Positions 38,401-49,259 of a stretch of DNA of 64,000 bases are shown piece after piece. The DNA is from Macrostomum lignano (lineage: Eukaryota). The stretch lies in the NCBI GenBank assembly GCA_002269645.1, contig NIVC01003114.1:31373-95372 (forward strand). The letters run 5' to 3'. The position numbers and the translations under genes are program-made. The notes beneath the pieces were generated by a model. It ran no database searches. It saw only the letters and a program-made list of their open reading frames with translations, and was not told where the DNA came from. How positions within the stretch are numbered: position 1 is the stretch's first letter; every line of letters begins with the position of its first letter.

Positions 38401-40488
38401 AAGCTCACCAGTGAGAGCTCGCACGGGCCACAGCTGGTTGGTGCAGTCTGGCCATTTCAGGCCCAACTGCCAGAGACTCACAGCGCAGTACAGCAGCCAG
38501 CATAGCTCGACCAGCATGAGCGCTAAAATTTTATATTCTCTATTTAGTGATTTTTTTAGCCAGGCAACTCATATTTATAAACTTTAATTACGATCCCGAG
38601 TCCTAGGTCAAGTACATCACGACCTTTTCATATGAAGTACATTCCGATCTCCTCATCAAGAGCATCCTAAGTTCATCAAAAGTACATCTGGACCTCCTAA
38701 GCAAAAGTACATCCCGACCTTATCAAAAGTGCATCCCAACCTCCTCAACTAAAGTACACCCCAACTTTCTCAGATAAAGTACATCCCGACCTTATAAAAG
38801 TGCATCCCAACCTCCTCAACTAAAGTACACCCCAACCTTCTCAGATAAAGTACATCTCGACCTTATAAAAAGTGCATCCCAACCCCCTCAACTAAAGTAC
38901 ACCTAACCTTCTCAGATAGAGTACATCCCGACCTTATAAAAAGTGCACCCCAACCTCCTCAACTAAAGTACATCCCCAACCTTCTCATTTTAAAGTACAT
39001 CCCATCCCCCAACTCTCACCCAATCGGCAATAGAGCAGGCCAGGTACGGGCCACCTGTCCCGGGCCCTGTGCAGCACAGAACCCAGCAGGCTGAATCTCA
39101 CAAGCAGAGCCTCAACCAGCAGGCACAGGCAGACGAGTGCTAGATAGGCTAGCGCATAAAACTGAACGGAGATTCTGCACCGCTCTAGCGAAGCAGCAGC
39201 AACCACGGCAAGTTGTCCAGTTCCATTGGAACTGCGATTGCCATCTAGCAGGGCGGCAACTGCAGAGCTTGAATTTTTGCCATCTAGTTGCCATGGCCAA
39301 TTAACCTCTGAAGTAGCGTTCGATACGGCAATGAAAATCGACGCTCTGAAATGAAACCGATTGAGGTTATTATTAATCTTCGGGGGAAACTATACAAATT
39401 AGAGGGTAAAAGTTTTCAAAATAAAAATTTTGAAATTAAAAACACAAAATTCATTAAGACTCTTATCGGACTTCATGTGGGGCCATTTGTGCGATTTTAG
39501 CCTATAAGGGTCGAGCCCCAAGGCACAGTGCGTGCACAGCCTGGCAATGGAAGAGCCAGTTCTGCTGTACACCCTGACTGACTGACTTGAGTGAGTGGGT
39601 GACTGACTGACTTGAGTGAGTGGGTGACTGACTGACTTGAGTGAGTGGGTGACTGACTGACTGACTTGAGTGAGTGAGTGACTGACTCACTGACTTGAGT
39701 GAGTGACTGACTGACTGACTTGAGTGAGTGGGTGACTGACTGACTGACTTGAGTGAGTGGGTGACTGACTCACTGACTTGAGTGAGTGGGTGACTGACTC
39801 ACTGACTTGAGTGAGTGACTGACTGACTGACTTGAGTGAGTGGGTGACTGACTGACTGACTTGAGTGAGTGGGTGACTGACTCACTGACTTGAGTGAGTG
39901 ACTGACTGGCTGACTTGAGTGAGTGGGTGACTGACTGACTGACTTGAGTGAGTGGGTGGGTGACTGACTCACTGACTTGAGTGAGTGACTGACTGACTGA
40001 CTTGAGTGAGTGGGTGACTGACTGACTGACTTGAGTGAGTGGGTGACTGACTCACTGACTTGAGTGAGTGACTGACTGGCTGACTTGAGTGAGTGGGTGA
40101 CTGACTGACTGACTTGAGTGAGTGGGTGACTGACTCACTGACTTGAGTGAGTGACTGACTGACTGACTGACTGACTGACTTGAGTGAGTGGGTGACTGAC
40201 TGACTGACTGATTGACTGACTTGAATGAGTGGGTGACTGACTGACTGACTGACTGACTGACTGACTGACTTGAGTGGGTGACTGACTGACTGACTGACTT
40301 GAGTGAGTGGGTGACTGACTGACCGGCCGACTAAGATGGGTATTCCTTCTCCAGTCCTGCAATAATTACTGGTCCGGTGCACTGCAAACTCACAGCACCA
40401 GATGGTAGATCAGCAGCAGGACTCCCGGTACAACCATATCGTCGCTGCCGATGGCCCAGCGCCGGCGAAACAGCACTAGGCCTGGCAT
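32434..40488 (-). CDS. DAGL: Diacylglycerol lipase (DAGL alpha/beta family)
   Basis: Phase-consistent exons 40488-40394, 39345-39020, 38522-38409, 37190-36983, 35839-35620, 34983-34787, 34033-32434 (the last possibly split by an intron at 33714-33235). MPGLVLFRRRWAIGSDD start; FFRDLDVVPSDVAAGLVL; LAAYGCPM; TPFYVGLD...IRGTLS; nucleophile GHSLG; GKDAV; RDHLPD. Confidence 0.95.
33335..33710 (-). repeat. 21-nt tandem repeat encoding (PEAVQST)n in frame within the DAGL ORF
   Basis: Unit ACCGGAAGCTGTTCAATCTAC on the minus strand; no in-frame stop. Confidence 0.95.
34145..34665 (+). repeat. 34-nt minisatellite CCAGGTATTAATCCCCAATTAGAGATCCCATTAT
   Basis: Seen directly. Confidence 0.95.
35066..35510 (+). 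repeat. Telomere-like (AACCT/AAACCT/AACCCT)n tract inside a DAGL intron
   Basis: Mixed TTAGG/TTTAGG/TTTAGGG units on the minus strand. Confidence 0.9.
35925..36720 (+). repeat. 18/36-nt minisatellite TTCACTCTCACATCCCCG
   Basis: Seen directly. Confidence 0.96.
37745..37965 (+). repeat. ~18-nt minisatellite GGATGCTTGCTAT(C/T)TGGGG
   Basis: Seen directly. Confidence 0.85.
38230..38398 (-). mobile_element. SINE family 2 relative
   Basis: B-box GGTTCGATTCC on the minus strand (~38365-38375) followed by ggccgctgtgcaccttgtgtgagagcgtgcctgcg. Confidence 0.6.
38620..39005 (+). repeat. Composite minisatellite with AAAGTACATCCC core (~60-nt higher unit)
   Basis: Seen directly. Confidence 0.85.
39574..40325 (+). 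repeat. (TGAC)n/TTGAGTGAGTGGG composite satellite, DAGL intron 1
   Basis: Seen directly. Confidence 0.96.
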
Positions 40489-41614
40489 TGCTCAGCTAGT
40501 CAAAATCGAAGTGAATTTCGCGCACCCCTACCAGCAGCTCACGGTGTATTTTACCCAGTTCGGTTAGGTCTGCCTTTTTTGAAGCCTTAATCCAGAGCTG
40601 CATGGCCTCCGGGCTTAGGATTTACACAGGCCCTGACTGCGCGGACATGAACATTGAAGGGGGAGAAAAGCAGCCAGTCCCCTCTTCCCTTTACCCTATC
40701 TCACTTCCCCGTCCCAGCGATTGCATTCCCCCTCGCCCAACCACCCTTGATCCCCTCCCTTCCACTGCCTCGTCTCGCGCTCCCCTGCCTCCGATAGTCC
40801 CTCCGAGAGCACCAACCCCATTACATGCATACCGGCCTGAAGCCAGCAGCCAGCGCACACACGAGAGGATGGGTGAATGAACTTTGCTAGGGGGGGGGGG
40901 GATGATGTCTAATCGAGAAGCCAATTCAAGGCCAGGAAGGGGAAGAAATACAGGCAGATAGAAACAGCCCCTACCCTGATAAATATTTCCTTTCCTCGAC
41001 AAAAAAAATAAATTTACCTTTAAAGACAAATAGATGAGCCAAACTACAGAACTACAGACTACTTACAATAATATAATATAGTAGTATCAGTACTTAAGTA
41101 TCATGGACACTGGTCAGACAGTAGGCACTACTTTCTTAAATAATTAAAAACATTAAACAAGTATTTGGAGCTCTTAAAGTCACAGATTGGCTCCAGTAGA
41201 TTAATAAAATATACTACTAGATACTATACTACTTACTCTAATATTCCATTAACAGTATTTTAAAAAGTACTTTAAGCTATAATTTGACCAGGCTCCTCTT
41301 AATAACTTAAAATAAACTGGTTCTTTTAAGCATAAAAATTGCTAGGTCTAAAAAGATCTTAATTAAATAAAAAATCAAAATCTCTATAAGTCTCAGTTTA
41401 CAGATTCATCAAATTTCACAATTGATAGGAAATCTTAAATCTAAAGAATACCAATATTTATAAAATTATTAGTAATTTAAATGAAACCATTTATAAAATA
41501 TAATGACTAAACTAAACTGCATCAAGCTAAAAAAACAAGGTACCATCTATGGACATAAAAAGCAAAGGCCTATACATAAAAGGGATAAAGTACACATGGG
41601 AAAGAGAATAAAGG

Positions 41615-42915
41615 AGAGAGAGAAGAAAGGGGAGAGAGAAGAAAGGGAAGAGAGAAGAAGGGGAGAGAGAAGAAAGGGGAGAGAGAAGAAGGGGAGAAAG
41701 AAGAAAGGGGAGAGAGAAGAAGGGGAGAAAGAAGAAAGGGGAGAGAGAAGAAAGGGGAGAGAGAAGAAAGGGAAGAGAGAAGAAAGGGAAGAGAGAAGAA
41801 AGGGGAGAGAGAAGAAAGGGGAGAGAGAAGAAAGGGGAGAGAGAAGAAAGGGAAGAGAGAAGAAAGGGGAGAGAGAAGAAAGGGAAGAGAGAAGAAAGGG
41901 GAGAGAGAAGAAAGGGAAGAGAGAAGAAAGGGGAGAGAGAAGAAAGGGAAGAGAGAAGAAAGGGGAGAGAGAAGAGAGGGGAAAGAGAAGAAAGGGGAGA
42001 GAGAAGAAAGGGGAGAGAGAAGAAAGGGGAGAGAGAAGAAAGGGGAGAGGAGAGAAGAAAGGGGAGAGAGAAGAAAGGGAAGAGAGAAGAAGGGGAGAGA
42101 GAAGAAAGGGAAGAGAGAAGAAAGGGGAGAGAGAAGAAAGGAGAGAGAGAAGAAAGGGGAGAGAGAAGAAAGGGAAGAGAGAAGAAGGGGAGAGAGAAGA
42201 AAGGGGAGAGAGAAGAAAGGGAAGAGAGAAGAAGGGGAGAGAGAAGAAAGGGAAGAGAGAAGAAAGGGAAGAGAGAAGAAAGGGAAGAGAGAAGAAGGGG
42301 AGAGAGAAGAAAGGGAAGAGAGAAGAAGGGGAGAGAGAAGAAAGGGAGGAGAGAAGAAAGGGGAGAGAGAAGAAAGGGGAGAGAGAAGAAAGGGGAGAGA
42401 GAAGAAAGGAAAGAGAGAAGAAAGGGGAGAGAGAAGAAAGGGGAGAAAGAAGAAAGGAAAGAGAGAAGAAAGGAGAGAGAAAAGAAAGGGAAGAGAGAAG
42501 AAAGGGGAGAGAGAAGAAAGGGAAGAGAGAAGAAAGGGGAGAGAGAAGAAAGGGGAGAGAGAAGAAAGGGGAGAGAGAAGAAAGGGGAGAGAGAAGAAAG
42601 GGAAGAGAGAAGAAAGGGAAGAGAGAAGAAAGGGAAGAGAGAAGAAAGGGGAGAGAGAAGAAAGGGAAGAGAGAAGAAAGGGGAGAGAGAAGAAAGGGAA
42701 GAGAGAAGAAAGGGGAGAGAGAAGAAAGGGGAGAGAGAAGAAAGGGGAGAGAGAAGAAAGGGAAGAGAGAAGAAAGGGGAGAGAGAAGAAAGGGAAGAGA
42801 GAAGAAAGGGGAGAGAGAAGAAAGGGAAGAGAGAAGAAAGGGGAGAGAGAAGAAAGGGAAGAGAGAAGAAAGGGGAGAGAGAAGAAAGGGAAGAGAGAAG
42901 AAAGGGGAGAGAGGA
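41615..42915 (+). repeat. Pure-purine 16-nt minisatellite AGAGAAGAAAGGGGAG, ~1.3 kb
   Basis: No pyrimidines seen across the tract; source of three spurious 470-510 aa ORFs. Confidence 0.98.
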
Positions 42916-44434
42916 AAATAAAAAAGGCAATAAAAGTTGATAGGTATTGAGTGCCACAGATTCAGATTCAGACAATATTCAGATGTGTCCCTGCAACTAT
43001 AATAGACAGTAGTAACAGATCCCAGTATTCCATCTTTGACATTTATGCTAAGTGTTGCTAGCTGATAGTACCCCCTGGTACATTGCACACTGCAAGAAAG
43101 TTACAAGAAGTTATGGAAGATTTATTCCTCATAGCTATATAGTATATATAGATACACAACACATGGGAAATTAGGTCATAGTAAAACTCTACTTTATAGT
43201 CTATACTAGCAATCAGTGCCCCCCATTTGGGAGGCAAAAAATGCAGTACAAGTTTTTTAATAAACTGCATGTAGCATCTCATTGCAATAACCTCAGCAAT
43301 CCCTTGTTAAGCCTTGACACCATGGCAATCCCTCCCACAAGCCTTAACATATCAACTTTCCTCTTTAAAATCTTAGCCATGACCCTAATAAGCCTTGAAA
43401 TCTTGAAAAATCTGTCAAAAATTCTAACCCTAACTCTAACCCTAACCCTAAAGCATTGACATTTTAGTAATTTTTCCCAAGAGTCATTATAGCATTATGG
43501 CATTATAGCAATTCCTTCCAAGCCTTGACATTGCAGTGATTCCCAAATGAATCTCTTAACTTTGACATGACACTTCTTCTATCAGCAACCCCCTGTGAGG
43601 AGCCAAAAAAATTGTTATAAAAACTTTTGAATAAACTATATGTACTTCTGACTTTAGCCTTGACATCTCAGTTATTCCCCCATAAGCTTTGGTATCATAA
43701 TAGTTCCCCCCAAGAGTCACAACACAGTTTCACGTGACATTTTTTGACATGATGCTAATGTATCTATCAATGCTAATATAGTTATTTGTTAAATGTGTAT
43801 AATGATGATAATAGAAGGAAAAACAATTATTATATAATGTTAAGCTTGTTAGATGTATATCAAATATAAATATGATACTATTGTAGTCACCAATAGTCAC
43901 AAATCTTGACTCTTTTGAGATCTTAAAACTGAGATTAAGATTTAAAAAAGTGCTAAGATCTTGACAATTAAGATTAAGATCAAGATCTTGATTGACCCTT
44001 AAACTTTAGTATAGACCATTTTAGCAGTAATAATGCTGGCAATAGACTAAATATGATAGCTTTCATTTGTTATATATTTTTTAATACATAGAAATATATA
44101 GACAATGACAGAAAATGATTATAAATATCAAGGGTATTGTAACTTCTAGTTTCAAAGAAAGTAATTTCTAGTACTTGTTCTAGTACTAATAAAATAAAAA
44201 AGTATAAGTTAAAGTAGCTTGCAGTATTTTTGTTATTGGTTTCTATTAATTTTAAAGAACAACCAATTAAAAAGTGCTAAAACAGGTCTTTGTAGAAAAA
44301 AACAAACATGTGTTAGTCTAGAGGTAAAAAATGCTATTATTCTTCAAATAGAGATGCTACATAATATTTTTTATGGCATCCAAAATTTGAATGAATAAAA
44401 AAGCCATTTTACAAAACAAGGATTAGCAATATAT

Positions 44435-46785
44435 GTTGGCGATTTCAGTGCTGGGATACTGGTGCTGTAATTGCATTTAGCTAACAGGATAGTCACCTTT
44501 GTGCATGCTTGCGTGGGCTGTTTTTTGTGCTGGCATGTAGGGGGTAGGGGTGCACGAGATGCTGGGGCAGTTAGCCTTTTGGCGATTGGTCTTTTATGTG
44601 TGTGTGCGATGGTCTAATCAGTGCATTTGCCCTTGCATCGCTGCCAAGATGAAACCCAAGTGCCACCTGGCCTACTACGAGCTGCGTGACCTGCTCACAA
44701 GGCTCAGGTTCACCATTAATGAGAAGAAGAGTATGACGCCAATGACCAAGCTGAGGTTCCTCAGGACTGATATTGACACCGTGCAGGTGAGCCTGTCTTT
44801 CCCTCCCAACAAAGCTGAAAAACTCTAGCTTCTGCTCAACACCAGCATCTTTAAGAAGACTATCAGCAAGTCCGAGCTACAGAAGCTGCTGGGGCACCTC
44901 AGCCAAATGTGGCGCAGCATGGCCGGACATTCTTGCACCCACTGATCAAGTTTGCCAATAGCTTGTCATACCTATCTGATCGGCTCCTAGTTGCTGAAGA
45001 TCTCTAATCACAGCTGAGATGGTGGAAAAACGCCCTGAGCATGCTGCTGGCTAAGGCTGCCTGGCCTTCCCACCGGCTGGTGGCTGCTAAAAAATCCAAT
45101 TCCTGTGAAGCAGGCGGAGGCACTGTGTTGCACTTTGGCAACAGAGGCTTGACTTGGCTCTACTTTGACTGGCAGATTGACTGCAACAGCACTTTTAACA
45201 AGCTCCACATCTATGGCACCTGCTACATGCTGACCAGCTTGCTTGCCTCTGCTTGTGTGAGTCCTGCCGCTGCCTCCTATTTCCTTTTTTAGGTCTGCCT
45301 CCTGTGGTCCCAGTTCCCAGCCTCACTGCGCTTGCCCGCCAACTGCTTGGCCAAGGCTTCGCCAGCTCAACTCGCTTTGCCTACACTAGCCAATATGCAT
45401 CCTGGCACTGATTCTACGCTGCCCATGACATTTGACTGCTTGCAGCCTGGCCTGCCAATGTTTGCAACTACCTGGCTGAGCTGGCCAGCAACCGGCTATG
45501 CTCTGTCAGCAGCCTGGCATGCTATATTGCCGTTGTGTCCTGGTTGTATAAGGCAAACAGTCTGCCAACCCAACCAGGCAACCACTGGTCTAGCTTGCCA
45601 TGTGCGGAGCCTACCAACTCCTAGGGACCACCCCAAAGGCCAAACAAGCTCTGTTCCTAGCCAACCAACATTATCTATACAGTGTGCTATGGCTAGGCAA
45701 GCCCCACGACTGCACGTTCTAGTATGCCTGCATTGTTGGCTAGTGGGCCATGTTGCGGAAAGCCAACCTGTAGGTCTCTGACTGGTTTGATCCGCGGAGA
45801 GACCTCTGCATGAGCTATATCCAACCATCCCATGGCGGTGCCACCCTTGTCATCCCGAGGTTGAAAACAAACCAGTTCAGATTGCACCAGCACCGCATCT
45901 TTTTGCTGCAACTCCCAGCCGGCAACCTGCTCTGCCTAGTTGCAGCACTCCAGAAGCAGCTATTGCTCAACTGACCACAAGCTGCCCAGCATCATCTCTT
46001 CAGCATTTCCTTAAGACAAGGAGTCAGACCACTCAAGCTGTGGGTCTTTGCTAAGGCCTTGTGTGCTGCCCTGCATTGAGGCAGCTTTGCCGACCCATCT
46101 AGCTTTTCTAGGCACTCATTGCATTGAGGGGGCATGATGTCTGCAGCCAATGCTGGCATCCCTATCAACTCGGTCATGAGAGTTGGCAACTAGGCCAGCA
46201 GCGTAGTAGAGCAGTACCTGCCACTACCTGTTACTGAGCGCCATGCGCCACTCTGCCTTGCGGCGATGCTCTTGTTCCCTGGCTCCATCTTTGACTCTTG
46301 ACTCTCCTACATTAGGGTTTTGGGCTTGCTTTGCCTTGCCCTTTGTTGTCCTTGCCATCCCCGCACCTTCCGCCTTTGTCCTATTGGCTAAGTTAGCAAT
46401 TTTAGTGCTGGGGTACTAGCACTGTAATCACATTTAGCTGACAATATGGTTGCCTTTGTGCGTGCGTGCATGGGCTGTTATTTGTGCTGGCATGTGGGGA
46501 GTGGGGGTGTGCGGGATGCTAGGGCGGTTAGCCTTTTGGCGGTTAGCCTTTTAAGTGTGTGCACAGTGGTCTGATCAGTGCATTTGCCCTTGCAATTATT
46601 TTTTCTGCTTTTCCTAGCTTTTTCTTTTATCCTATGATTTTGGTTCTCCTCTTATTTTATTTAGCAATTTTGTTTCTTTTAAGCTTAAATACTATCGAAA
46701 TATACTTTTAATTGCTAGCAGGCTCACTTTGCCTGCCCTTTGTTGTCCTTGCCATCTCCACGCCTTCTACCTTTGTCCTGTTGGA
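44435..46785 (+). mobile_element. Decayed, internally deleted Ngaro/PAT-type tyrosine-recombinase retrotransposon with split direct repeats A1-[RT/RH/YR relic]-B1-A2-B2
   Basis: A1 ~44435-44627 matches A2 ~46392-46584; B1 ~46325-46388 matches B2 ~46722-46783. RT thumb relic YYELRDLLTRLRFTINEKKS...LRFLRTDIDT; YR C-terminal relic SRHSLH*GGMMSAANAGIPINSVMRVGN*ASSVVEQYL. Confidence 0.85.
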
Positions 46786-47884
46786 TAATAAGATGGTACA
46801 GTTGCGATTAGTAGAAAAAAGTTTGGAGGCTGATTTTCAAGTGTTGATTCTAACTTTAGAAATATATAAAAAGATAATTTTTGTCCAATGGCAATAGTTG
46901 TGTAACAATAAGAAGAATAGGGGGAAGGCTACTTCAGCTGACTTTTAGTTTGTATAGGTCATTTTCATTGTCCTACTAGTGTGTTATAGTTTTATAGCAG
47001 CTATACTTTATAGTAGTATAATACTTTTGTATTGTTGACTCACTTAGAATCAATGATAATCTTCTTGCAGCCTTGGAAATACTAGTTAACAATTAAGAAA
47101 ATAGATATCAACATAACAAATGGTTGCAATTTGAAAGATGGACCAGTGTACAAGACTAAATAACTTGGTTAATGCTTTTGCATTGCAATTAGAATATTAT
47201 AATTGGCCTCAAGAGTTAAAAATCAAAATACACTTAACATATATCACTAATATCATTCATTCTACATAAATATTAAAATGAAAAAATTAGCTTTTGTTTC
47301 AAAAAAATTTCTACAAATTGCACATGAGCATCATACTATATTACTATAATAGGCCTACTAGTGATCTTTGTTAGAAAACTTGCAAGGAATTGATAAACAA
47401 GAATGTTTATTGTTTTGAATGTATTAATAGTTTTAACATTAGTTGTGTCTTGCATTAAACCTGGCATAAACTAATACACAATCCAAACTATGGCCTGGGT
47501 TGTATACTTCTGCTATTAGTTTAAAAAAGAGATTCAATGCAAACATCTTTGTCTAGGCCTATGACAACTTTACTTGAATAAAGTAATTTAAAACTAAAGA
47601 AAGAATTGGTTCTTTAAAAAACTATGCTTTCTTAATGGTTTTGCATGAGTAATTTGTTGTTCCTTGCTTATTGGACACCCAAAAGAGGGGCACTAGATTG
47701 TTAGTCTATTACTAAAACTGCTAAAGTGCTAGAACTTTGCGCAACACTAATAAATATAAGTATTAAGTTAAAAGAATATTTGGCTTCTATATAGGCCTAT
47801 GCAAAATTGAAATATATCAATGCATTTTAAATATATTTATTGATGATAAAAGAGATTATTTTAATTCATTTAGATAGGCCTAGA

Positions 47885-48679
47885 GGCTCATTCCATATTT
47901 AAGCATGGTCGTAACATGACAGGTTATTTTTACTTATAAAATGAAATCTAATAATAGAATATACTAAACCAATATTTTAAATGAAAGATTATTTTGTCTA
48001 GAATATATTTATAGAGTTTCATATAGATATCATCATTAGTATAGATGCTATTAAACCTTAAATGACACTTATGGTCGTAACGACAGGATTTTTGACATAT
48101 AGAAACTAAAAGGTAAAAGTCTTATAACATTTTTCATTTTTTATATTTTGCAATACATTTTTAAAATTTGACTAAGAACATCTTTAGAAATCATACTCTT
48201 TTATTAGAATATATAAACTCAAAAGGCAACAAAGATACAAAAGAAAAGGCAGCCTTATGGTCGTAACATTATGGTCGTAACATATTTTTTTCTGTCAATT
48301 CAGTAACTTTGAGGTACTAATACATTAAAAATATAATAGATTATTTGGTCACCAATGCTTTTATCTGATGATGCAAGTACTATACTTTTATCTATAGTTT
48401 GTTTCAACCTTCAAAAGCTTTCTATTTGTTTTTAAAAGGTACAAAATCTTAATGATGTCTTTTGCTTCGAAAAATGTCCAAATTCTTACAAAAATGACTT
48501 TTTGCCAATGGCAATTGATAACATACTAATCCAACATTTTACCATTCCTTTATTCTTAGATTGTATATATTGCACAATATAAACATTTGGTAAAAAAAAT
48601 AGGCTAATTAGGCAATGGCAAGCAAAAATATTGACTTTTTTCTATTTTCCAAATATGTCCATCTTATATGGAATGAGCC
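47885..48679. mobile_element. Non-autonomous DNA transposon (MITE), ~795 bp
   Basis: TIR GGCTCATTCCATAT (47885-47898) and its reverse complement (48666-48679); TAGA on both flanks (47881-47884, 48680-48683); internal repeated motif ATGGTCGTAAC. Confidence 0.8.
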
Positions 48680-49259
48680 TAGAACGTTTTGTTATTGTTA
48701 TCAAATAGAAATTAGTTTATTTTTAGGGACTCTCAATAATTAATTTTTAAAGTTATTCCTTTAGCATTTTTTGATTGATAAATCTTAAATCTCATATGCC
48801 TAAATGAAAACAGATTAATTTTGAAAATTTATCAAGAGATAAAAGTTATAAAACTTTTTTTCAATTTAACATTTCTTGAAAAGCTGTTAAAAATTGAAAA
48901 TTTCATTTTATTGGCTTTGCATTGTATGACTTTAAGTCAAGCCTAGCCCTAGAACTTAGGCCCCCTACCATTATTTTAATTTTTTTAAATATAGATAAAA
49001 GCCTCTACTCTAATTTTTATCTTTCCTTCTATTGCATAATTATATTACTATTTGTCAATAATAAAAATAGATAAAATGTGATGTCACTAAAATGGTTGCT
49101 GCAGAGATGGTCTACCTATTGCCAAAATTGACTTTTATCCTAATTTTTATTTTTAATAGAATAATAGATCTTATATTATAGCACATCTGAAATCGCGGCC
49201 TTTTTTACTATTTCTAGGAAAGTGCATGCATTGTCGAAGTTAAAAACTAAAAAAAACGA

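Noticed and set aside
39500-39575. Possible extra DAGL exon
   Set aside because: Exon 40488-40394 joins in phase to 39345 and gives a sensible protein without it.
41503-43088. 472-513 aa ORFs on both strands (REERGERRKG / FFSLPFLLS)
   Set aside because: Pure-purine satellite; no coding signal.
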